Positions 10,034 through 17,947 of a stretch of 64,000 nucleotides of DNA are shown here, one piece after another; the stretch's first letter is position 1, and each line of letters starts with the position of its first letter. This DNA comes from an uncultured bacterium (GTDB lineage: Bacteria > Patescibacteriota > Minisyncoccia > UBA6257 > 2-01-FULL-56-20), in contig OY970382.1 in assembly GCA_963719425.1 (NCBI GenBank), positions 742,477-806,476 of the forward strand, read 5' to 3'. Made by a program: the position numbers and the translations under genes. The notes under the pieces were generated by a model. The model ran no database searches and was not told the DNA's origin. It was given only the letters and a program-made list of their open reading frames with translations.

Positions 10034-10147
10034 GGTGGAGACGAGTGGTCTTCGTTGGAACTCGGTGAATATTTGAGAAAACTACCACAGCTGCTAAGTC
10101 GGGCACGGTCAGCATCCCGTAGGACGTGCACTACGTGCACAACGTTC
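10034..10147. repeat. Direct repeat copy 2 (~105 bp)
   Basis: Core at 10043..10077 is identical to copy 1 except for one base. The left end ggtggagacgagtgg matches the ssrA 3' terminus (ggtggagacgggcgg) at 13/15 positions. Confidence 0.7.
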
Positions 10148-10216
10148 ACGACATACACGAAGTTCACTCATCTTCCATCATTACTGTCATGCAATGTAAG
10201 ATGGTTTTCAAAGAAT

Positions 10217-11610
10217 TCACAAAACGAAGGCATCGGTTGAGCTTGCTGAGAAGAGTACGGTGGTGCTGGCCTGCGGATCATAAAGGTATAGGCTTCCGCC
10301 GCGCTGAAAAATCAATTTATCGTCCTGCGTCCATTGCAGAGGGGTGACAAGAGGAAAGGCCCGGTCTTCCCCATCGGCTTGATCCATTCCGAGGCTGAAA
10401 AATTTTTTATTTGCGGGATTAGATACCTCTACAACAAAATTTCCGCACTGCTGTTCCGAAGTGCAGCTGTCAAAGACGATGAATTTGTCATCAAGAGACC
10501 AAGTGGGAACACCTATTTCGTAAGGATTCTCGTACAAAGTCGTCGATGGATAAATAAGTAGCGTGAATGATTGATCGTGAGCCGGAACATTCCATAGGGC
10601 GAGTTGAGAGTCCGAAAAGACTTCGACGGCGGCGAGTTTGTCGCCCGCATGGTCAAGCTGTCCACTGTAAAGAGTGTTGTTATCAGGTATAGTCGCGAAT
10701 AATGTATCCTGACCCGTGATCGTATTCAAAACGTGGAATTCCCTTGAGTGTGGTTCCAGCACGTAGTAGGAAGGACTCCCCCAATCCTTATACGTGGGAT
10801 AAAGTATGGAGCGAACATACAAAATATGCGCACCGTCATTTTGGAGAAGACCGTAAATATGGGAGGTATCGCTTGCGATATTGAGCCATTGTCTGCCAAG
10901 CTGTAGTATGTTTCCGCGTCCATGATCGTCGTTGTTGGGGCTGTCGCAGCCGCCATTGATGAATCATATACGGCCCTCCAGGCTTCGTTCGCCCCTCCTA
11001 ATGTCACTGTCGGCGGTAATGGGTACGGCGGGGTAGATGTTGTCCGGAGATCTATAACATTTTGGAATTTGGGTATGTAAACAAGGTGATCCGAAAGCCA
11101 ATAATCGGCGTTAAGAAATTCACCCACAAAACTACCTGTGAGTGATCCCGTGTCTTTGAGGGTTTTCGTGATTCGACCGCCATTATTCAAATCCATAAAA
11201 CCTATATCGGTCTCTCCGTCGTGGCCCAACATATAATATTCCGAATAGGAAAAATTGGGAGAGATGGAATAGTAGAATACGGTTCCGCTGGTATGAGAAA
11301 GTTGCATGGGGTTGCTTCCGTCGTCGTTGGCGATCCACACTTCACCACCCTTTAAAAAGGCAACTTTGTTCTGAAATGTATTCGGTGCAACTGACGACTG
11401 GCTTATACCAATTGTAGTTGTAGACGTTGATGACGTAGATGCGGCAGCTGGTTGGGATAGCGATGCCGGCGGTGGCGGTGGTGAAGTGACCAGCGGAACC
11501 AATGGAGAGGTTGGCTTCTTTAGCGCGAAATATAAAATCCCGCCTCCCACTACCAACAGGACCGCAACGATGAGAATGATTATAATCGGCGCGAAGCCTC
11601 TTCGATTCAT
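10217..11610 (-). pseudogene. Membrane-anchored Pro-rich / beta-propeller (TolB-like) surface protein, interrupted by a frameshift near 10965
   Basis: Two overlapping minus-strand ORFs (10726..11610 and 10217..10822). Both frames read as plausible protein on either side of ~10965. N-terminal TM helix, PPPPP linker, and WIANDDGS / YLYDP beta-propeller-like repeats. Confidence 0.5.
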
Positions 11611-11890
11611 TGCTTTAATTATAACAAATCAGAAACGGTTCGATTCCACTCGTCTCTTAGATATTTTGGGTCAAAAAAAGAGAAAACGACGCTCTGCAAG
11701 CGCTGATTCTGCTGGAGTCCCGATATCAAATAACCGTGGACGCAACGGCACTGCCACCGAACTATTTGATGCTATAGCCGAGAACGCCGAAGCAATGCAG
11801 ACATGGAACGCATTCGCGCAAGCGTTCATGGCCCAGGAACGCAAAGAGGACGCTCTATCTGTAACGCTTTGAGGTTGGTATAATCAGGGC

Positions 11891-12193
11891 ATGATCAAGC
11901 GTAAAGACAACCTCACGGACATCGTTGAAGACCTCCAAAAGGATCGGGATAAAAAGCCGGAACCGAATCAGAAGCCCGAAAAGCCCGGCAAAAACGAATG
12001 GCAAGTCACGGATAACGAAGGAAACATCGTCACTTTGGGCCAAAAACCCGGGAGCCGCACAGCGTCATCTAATAAGGCAAATCCCGTTGAACTATCTCAA
12101 GACGTGATGGAGGCTATCAAGCAGGCGGTACAAACGGGCATCAAAGAAGCGTTTGAGAAGTGGGAGGAAAAACGGCGACGCGAAAAATCGTAA
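11891..12193 (+). CDS. Hypothetical protein (Lys/Glu-rich, 100 aa)
   Basis: ORF only. Lower-GC, phage-like context. Confidence 0.4.
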   Translation: MIKRKDNLTDIVEDLQKDRDKKPEPNQKPEKPGKNEWQVTDNEGNIVTLGQKPGSRTASSNKANPVELSQDVMEAIKQAVQTGIKEAFEKWEEKRRREKS

Positions 12194-12233
12194 TCAGCTG
12201 GAAGGTTGTCGCGAGCGAGGTGCTATGTCATAG

Positions 12234-12968
12234 TTGCAAAGAAACATGGCCATCACAAGAACGAGCCAGCTGCAAAAATGGATATTGGAAACATGCCTGG
12301 AAAAAGTGAGGTTCCAAAGAACGGATGCGCGGGCGTTCTTCGGCAAGCGATTTTCGCCAAGCTACCTCAAAGATAATCCCAAGCATCGCATTGGAGATTG
12401 GAAAATCAAAAAGTGGTATGACGGTGACATGAGCCTGTTCGAACGGCGGACTGAAACCGTCATGGAGTGGCGGCGAAAGCTACAGAAGCGCGTGCCGGTA
12501 ACCAAAATCTACTGCGTCCCCAAAAAAGAGCTCATCGCCACTCCGACCATCGAAGTCACGATCTCGCGCAGCCTGCACAACCTCGTGCGAAAGGACCTGC
12601 TTGAGCAGTCAAAGAAGTGGGGACCGTACACCCTGACCAAACGCGGATTCGAAACTGTTAAGAACAGTCCAGATAAGTGGACTGGTATTAGCTTTAAGGA
12701 ATATGAGGCAAAAGTAGAGGAAGCGCGAAAAGAGGAGGAAGGGTGGATGGCCGCAACGGTCGCCAAGCTGACGCCGCCATCCGCCCAGAAGCAGCGCAAG
12801 ACGCTTGAACTGCAAGCGAAGCTGCAGGACTTTAATAAGCGATTCAATCCGGCGACGATCCACGCGCGATTGTGTAGGAAATGCCAAAAGAAGATAGCCC
12901 GATTCGAAAAGGCGTCCGGAGCTACGGCGATTAAAAAGCTCCGGGATGAAATCAACCGCACAGAGTAA
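12234..12968 (+). CDS. Hypothetical protein, possible winged-helix DNA-binding
   Basis: 244-aa ORF. The segment RSLHNLVRKDLLEQSKKWGPYTLTKRG resembles a winged helix. Confidence 0.45.
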   Translation: MQRNMAITRTSQLQKWILETCLEKVRFQRTDARAFFGKRFSPSYLKDNPKHRIGDWKIKKWYDGDMSLFERRTETVMEWRRKLQKRVPVTKIYCVPKKELIATPTIEVTISRSLHNLVRKDLLEQSKKWGPYTLTKRGFETVKNSPDKWTGISFKEYEAKVEEARKEEEGWMAATVAKLTPPSAQKQRKTLELQAKLQDFNKRFNPATIHARLCRKCQKKIARFEKASGATAIKKLRDEINRTE

Positions 12969-13096
12969 ATGTTAATGAGTTTCTTCCGCGGATGAAACTC
13001 CTTAACAATAAGGATTGTGGCAAGCCATTGTATGGGTTACAATAAAAGTGTGAGACAGCCGAGCTGGCTCAAAAATAGGACGACGTAGGACGACGC

Positions 13097-13654
13097 ATGA
13101 AAATACTCCCCCAGCAGGAATATCATATCCGCCAAGTGATCCGCGACAATCTCGCGCTCAATCCCCTGATCTCAATCCGCAATCTCCAGAAGGTGGTTGA
13201 GTACAACACACATCGCCCGATCGGCGATAAGTATTTGATGCGGTTGCTTGGGAAGATCCGTGGCGAGGTTATTGCCCAAGCGGACCGGCAGGGAGTGGCC
13301 GAGCGGCTCACCGAAGTGAAGGAGCGCTTCCGGGTGTTGCGGAAAGAGTTGCTTCGCATCGTCTACTGGGAGATGAGATACTTCCCGGAGTATGGCATTG
13401 AACGGCCGAGTAGCCGCGACCGTATGAACGCCATAAAAACGATTGCCCAGATGGACCTCGCCCTCCTCAAAACCGAGCTTGATACCGGGATGTTCAGCAA
13501 AAAGCAGAACGACATTGAGGCATTGCTCAACGACCCCGCCTTGCCATCCGAACTGCACGAGCAAATCGTGGGCGTATTCAGGCAATGGAGGTTCTCGCGG
13601 CCTGAACGAACCGAGGCAAAAACAGCTCCGCAGATGGCTATTGTCAAAAACTGA
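13097..13654 (+). CDS. Hypothetical protein
   Basis: 185-aa ORF. No recognisable motif. Confidence 0.45.
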   Translation: MKILPQQEYHIRQVIRDNLALNPLISIRNLQKVVEYNTHRPIGDKYLMRLLGKIRGEVIAQADRQGVAERLTEVKERFRVLRKELLRIVYWEMRYFPEYGIERPSSRDRMNAIKTIAQMDLALLKTELDTGMFSKKQNDIEALLNDPALPSELHEQIVGVFRQWRFSRPERTEAKTAPQMAIVKN

Positions 13655-13703
13655 GAGGGCCGAGGGCGGCGAATAGGAGCCCATTGGGCACCGTTCGAGC
13701 CAC

Positions 13704-14066
13704 GTGGGGAGATTACGGGGATTGAGGGACCTTGTAGGGCGGGGAGAAAATCAAAGCAACCAGACAAAAACCATGAGATATTCAAAAGAACTTCGCGAGG
13801 AGTATAAGCGGACGGTCAAACTGGCCATGATGGCCGTGCCGTCCTTCATGGGGGAGGTCACGTTATACGAAATCAATGAGGCAATGCGGAAGGCTTACGG
13901 CGCCAGGTTCAATAAAAAATATCTGTCAAAGCTGAGGGATGAGCTGCAGGCAGAACAAGATCTGCTCGTGGAGAAGCTCTCGACTCCGGAAGGCAGGATG
14001 GAACTTATTGAGGAGCTGCAGGGAAGACTCGCCCTATTGGATGTGATGGCTCAAACGCTACAGTAG
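13704..14066 (+). CDS. Hypothetical protein
   Basis: 120-aa ORF. Confidence 0.4.
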   Translation: MGRLRGLRDLVGRGENQSNQTKTMRYSKELREEYKRTVKLAMMAVPSFMGEVTLYEINEAMRKAYGARFNKKYLSKLRDELQAEQDLLVEKLSTPEGRMELIEELQGRLALLDVMAQTLQ

Positions 14067-14181
14067 CAAATGAAAAAAAGCCCGGATTGCTTTCGCTTCA
14101 CGGGCTTGATGCCGTGGAGGGTTGCTTGGTCATGCTTATCCGACATGAAAAGAGGGCTGTTTCAGCAGCAAAAAATAGCCA

Positions 14182-14210
14182 TTGACACCAGAACTCTATT
14201 TTGGTAGAAT
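14182..14210 (+). promoter_or_regulatory. Near-consensus sigma70 promoter upstream of the DGR target gene
   Basis: TTGACA (14182..14187), 17-nt spacer, TGgTAGAAT extended -10 (14202..14210). Confidence 0.55.
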
Positions 14211-14340
14211 ATAGGGGTTCTTTAACAAGATAAAAATCAAGGTTTCAAACATACGCATGAGGCGAGTATTCAGCGGGCCGCGCAAGCCCTTTGAACACTC
14301 GTCTCATAACCTGAGCGGGTAGAAAAGGAGGATGATAACG

Positions 14341-15243
14341 ATGCCTACATCGATTACATCCAACATCACCGAAGGACAGAAGGAACTCTACGAGCGCGTC
14401 GTACGCGACGCTGCGAAACACGGCACCGCGCTTGCGCTCGAGAAGACCGGCGCAGACCAGGTTGGCTGGCAGCGCGTCATCGAAAACGGCGACGATCTCC
14501 GCGAAGCGATCGCGGCAACCATCGTGGCCAAAACCCTGGAGCTTTCAATCTCTAACCAGTTCGCCGACGAGGAAGTGGAGTCGAGCTACGGCTACCTGTC
14601 GGGCTATCGGAAGCCCAAGGGCGTCACCGAGCAGACGAACATCCTGCGTCAGCTTTTCCCCGGCGTCGGTTTCGCCGACGAGAAGATCGCGGAACAGCCG
14701 CTCCCGCCGAACACCGAAGGATGGTTCGCCATCCCGAAGTGGGAAACGATCGCCCCGACCTACGGCGAAGCGGTGCAGAAGGTGTTCGACATGATCAAGA
14801 AGACCCGAGGCGGCAAGTTCTACAACTGGCGCGAGGGCCAGCTTGGTCCGCAGTACCTTCGGCAATCCGCGAAGTCGGTCAAGGCGTTCCAGAAACTCGG
14901 CACCGAGCAGAAGGATCACGACATCCTCGTCGTTGCGGCGCAGTTCGGTCTACGTCACCGGGGCCGTTCGGTTCGCAGGGCGCGGGAAGTCATGAACGCA
15001 TCCGAGTTCGGTCTCGGTGCGTTCGCCATCGGGATCATGCTACTCACGCATCCCGAGCGTCTCAGGCACTATGACGATCTCTGGATCGACTGTGCCGGGG
15101 ACGAGTTCAGCTACGATGGCGATGGCCGGTTCGACAGCGCGCCGTTCTTCTACTTCGACGGCGTCGGGGTGAAGTTCGACGCGAGCGACGTTGCCTCTGC
15201 GCTCGCCCACTATGGCTCGGCGTCGGCTTCCGTTCCGCAGTAG
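14341..15243 (+). CDS. DGR target (variable) protein with a C-terminal variable repeat
   Basis: Strong SD AAGGAGG at 14325..14331. The last ~43 codons form the VR. No obvious signal peptide. Confidence 0.8.
   Translation: MPTSITSNITEGQKELYERVVRDAAKHGTALALEKTGADQVGWQRVIENGDDLREAIAATIVAKTLELSISNQFADEEVESSYGYLSGYRKPKGVTEQTNILRQLFPGVGFADEKIAEQPLPPNTEGWFAIPKWETIAPTYGEAVQKVFDMIKKTRGGKFYNWREGQLGPQYLRQSAKSVKAFQKLGTEQKDHDILVVAAQFGLRHRGRSVRRAREVMNASEFGLGAFAIGIMLLTHPERLRHYDDLWIDCAGDEFSYDGDGRFDSAPFFYFDGVGVKFDASDVASALAHYGSASASVPQ
15111..15240 (+). other. DGR variable repeat (VR)
   Basis: 130 bp, 111/130 identical to TR. All 19 mismatches correspond to A in TR. Confidence 0.85.
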
Positions 15244-15326
15244 ATTGAACCTTGATTGCTCGAGTGCTTGGGTCTTTTGATCCTCTTATCTTCTTGATCC
15301 CTTGCATTCGCGCGATTTTTTCCACA

Positions 15327-15357
15327 GGGGCTTCCGCACCATCATCGCGGCAGCCCC
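15327..15357 (+). promoter_or_regulatory. Hairpin downstream of VR (candidate DGR homing-associated stem-loop)
   Basis: ggggcttccgc / gcggcagcccc is an 11-bp stem with one mismatch and a 9-nt loop, ~85 bp 3' of VR. Confidence 0.45.
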
Positions 15358-15670
15358 TTTCTCTTTTCAGCTTCACAAAAAACATTTCCATTTATATACT
15401 TACAAGCGAGCATAGGCTAATGCACGGCCGTCCACGGATTGCCGTCGCCGAACTCTCTCTTCAAAAAAGAGATCCACAGCCAGAGTCCGGACGGTCACGG
15501 CTTTCCGGAGCGTGCTGCCTTGAGGAGATTACTGCTTGCCCCTGCCTTGTGCGGGTGTCCCGCGAGCGCGGGGCTGCTGCCGAATAAAATACAGGAATGA
15601 GAGGATATAGTTCCGCTGCCAGTGGGAAGTAACCCTCGAGATCCGGTGACGCGGACGGGCGGGAGCAATA

Positions 15671-15800
15671 CTACGATGGCGATGGCCGGTTCGACAACGC
15701 GCCGTACTTCAACTTCAACGACGACAAGGTGAAGTTCGACACGAACGACGTTGACAATGCGAACGACAACTATGGCTCGGCGTCGGCATCCGTTCCGAAG
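15671..15800 (+). repeat. DGR template repeat (TR)
   Basis: Non-coding copy of VR, same orientation. Adenine-rich, with AAC codons in the VR frame. Confidence 0.85.
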
Positions 15801-15814
15801 TTCCTCCTCAAGTG

Positions 15815-15840
15815 AAATGCCCCCTTCAGCGGGGGCATTT
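15815..15840 (+). promoter_or_regulatory. Perfect 10-bp hairpin immediately 3' of TR
   Basis: aaatgccccc-ttcagc-gggggcattt, placed between the TR end and the avd stop. Confidence 0.4.
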
Positions 15841-15842
15841 CT

Positions 15843-16190
15843 TTACTGTTTCACTGATCGTATCCACCCGCCGAGCATCCTGCCGATCTCGTCGATTGGA
15901 GCTTGGAGCGCGAGATACTTCTTTCCGTCGATGCCTCTTGTCTCGTGCATGAGACGGATGAAAACGCGAAGGAAGTTGAGTTTCACGCTCGCCCTCTCAA
16001 GCACCGGCAGCTTCTCGCTCTTGGACATCTGGCTGGCAGCCATGATGCCCTCAAGCACGTCGAGGATCATCGCGTCGCACCGTTGCCAGATGGTATAGCG
16101 GTCCTGCTTCGACATCGTGTTGCGATAGCTGTAAAACAGCTTGTAGAGATCGCAGGTCTTCTTGAAGATGGGAACATCAAAATCATCCAT
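15843..16190 (-). CDS. avd: Avd-like accessory variability determinant (four-helix-bundle / 23S rRNA IVS protein family)
   Basis: 115 aa. The C-terminal ...PIDEIGRMLGGWIRSVKQ resembles the Bordetella phage Avd C-terminus (EVGRILGSWIARVNRKGQ). Confidence 0.8.
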   Translation of the reverse strand: MDDFDVPIFKKTCDLYKLFYSYRNTMSKQDRYTIWQRCDAMILDVLEGIMAASQMSKSEKLPVLERASVKLNFLRVFIRLMHETRGIDGKKYLALQAPIDEIGRMLGGWIRSVKQ

Positions 16191-16198
16191 TAGCTTTT

Positions 16199-17239
16199 AT
16201 GAAGGTTTATAAAAACGCATTCGACCGTATTGCGTCTCTCGAAAATCTCTTTGCTGCGTGGAACGCCTTCAAGGGAAACAAGCGGAACAAGGATGACGTG
16301 CAGCAGTTTGAGCGGCACCTTGAGCAAAACATTTTCCAGCTGCATCGTGATCTCACGAGTGGGTCGTACCGGCACGGCCCGTATTACGGTTTCTACATTC
16401 ACGACCCCAAGCAGAGGCACATCCACAAAGCGTCCGTAAGAGACAGGGTTTTGCATCACGCGGTCGTATCGGTGATCAACCCAATGTTCGAGGAGGCCTT
16501 TATCCCATCCTCCTTCTCGTGCCGCGTTGGATTTGGCACGCACAAGGGCGTCGATGTCCTCGAAGAAATGGCACGGGCGGCGGCGGAGAACGGCACCGCA
16601 CCATGCTTCATTTTGAAATGCGATGTTCGGAAGTTCTTTGACAGCGTTGACCATGACGTCCTGCTCGGCATTTTGGGAAAGCGCATCAAGGACGATGCCA
16701 CGATAAATCTCATCACAGAAATCGTCGAGAGCTTCTCATCTTCCCGATCAAGCCTATTTGATCGCAAAGGGCTGCCGATCGGCAACCTCACGTCGCAGCT
16801 TTTCGCGAACACTTACATGAACGAGTTCGACCAGTTCATAAAACACGACCTCAAGGTGAAGCAGTACGCCCGTTACACGGACGACTTCGCCATCGTCGCA
16901 TCCGATCGCGCGTACTTGGAGAACCTGATCGAGCCGATCTCCCGCTTCCTGAATGACCGGCTTGCGCTTGAGCTGCATCCGAAAAAAATATCTATCGGGA
17001 AGCTGCATAATGGCATCGACTTCCTCGGATACGTCATGTTCCCGAGACATCGGCTTGTCCGGGCCAAAACGCGCCGCCGGATGTTCGCGAAGTTCGCGGC
17101 GAAGATAGCGGCGGTCCGCAGCGGAAGCATTTCCGAGGACTCTCTTATCGCTTCGCTCCGGTCATATCTCGGCGTCTTGTCGCACGCGGATGCGCATCGA
17201 TTGTCGGAGGACCTGAAGAACGGACTATGGTTCAACTAA
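16199..17239 (+). CDS. DGR reverse transcriptase
   Basis: 346 aa. LPIGNLTSQLFAN is the DGR-specific motif-4 signature, and YTDDF is the catalytic box. Confidence 0.9.
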   Translation: MKVYKNAFDRIASLENLFAAWNAFKGNKRNKDDVQQFERHLEQNIFQLHRDLTSGSYRHGPYYGFYIHDPKQRHIHKASVRDRVLHHAVVSVINPMFEEAFIPSSFSCRVGFGTHKGVDVLEEMARAAAENGTAPCFILKCDVRKFFDSVDHDVLLGILGKRIKDDATINLITEIVESFSSSRSSLFDRKGLPIGNLTSQLFANTYMNEFDQFIKHDLKVKQYARYTDDFAIVASDRAYLENLIEPISRFLNDRLALELHPKKISIGKLHNGIDFLGYVMFPRHRLVRAKTRRRMFAKFAAKIAAVRSGSISEDSLIASLRSYLGVLSHADAHRLSEDLKNGLWFN

Positions 17240-17248
17240 TGCCCGGCC

Positions 17249-17947
17249 TCAATACCACTTCGCCACGCCTCCGTGATGCGAACACGCGCCGCTGTGGGTT
17301 TTGCTGTAGCTGTATGATCCGTCGCGGCAGAGCGCGGTAGCACCGGTAGGCACGCCTGCATTGGTCTTGATCGTCGGAGTAACCGTCGTTGTCTTGGGTT
17401 TCGGAACCGCCTTCGCACCCGCCGCCATCATCGCGGAATAGTATTTGAGCCAGTTGCTTGAAATCTCCGCTTGGGCATCGCTCAAAGACATCTTTCCGCT
17501 GCATACCTGTGTGTGCAGATAGTTCTCGAACTTATCCTTGATCAAAGAACCGTTTGCAATCAACGAGGACTCCGGCCAGAGGTTTGCGATGGCGTTGCTG
17601 CCGCCAAGTTCCAAGCTGATAAGATGATCCACCTCGTAGTTGGCGTGGAGCTTGTATGCGATGCCGTATTCGGCGAACACCTGCTTACTCTCCGAAAGCG
17701 GGACGTTACGGACGGTCTTCGTGTAACCCACGGTGCACACCGTTGCAGTGTTGGTCGTGAGCACCGCCCCAGGCGTGCAGCCGGAGTCCGGCAACACTTG
17801 GTTCCCGACGCACTGCGACGTTTTCGTCTGCACGCCATAGGCGGCGAGTGAAGGCAACGCGCTCGCAGCGAGCATGAGTGCGGCGAGGGCGAAAACTGAC
17901 GTTTTCATGCTCATGAGGGTCATTGAATGTTGACCAACGTGTTGCAC
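17249..17947 (-). CDS. Secreted protein with HNH-like nuclease motif and C-terminal DUF3761-like Cys motif
   Basis: Signal peptide MKTSVFALAALMLAASALPSLAA. EVDHLISLELGGSN is HNH-like. C-terminal CRDGSYSYSKTHSGACSHHGGVAKW. The true start may be at 17908. Confidence 0.55.
   Translation of the reverse strand: MQHVGQHSMTLMSMKTSVFALAALMLAASALPSLAAYGVQTKTSQCVGNQVLPDSGCTPGAVLTTNTATVCTVGYTKTVRNVPLSESKQVFAEYGIAYKLHANYEVDHLISLELGGSNAIANLWPESSLIANGSLIKDKFENYLHTQVCSGKMSLSDAQAEISSNWLKYYSAMMAAGAKAVPKPKTTTVTPTIKTNAGVPTGATALCRDGSYSYSKTHSGACSHHGGVAKWY

Noticed and set aside
15252-15587. 111-aa ORF between VR and TR, and the 94-aa antisense ORF at 15107..15391
   Set aside because: They fall in the DGR non-coding cis region (hairpins, TR leader) and have no protein-like features.
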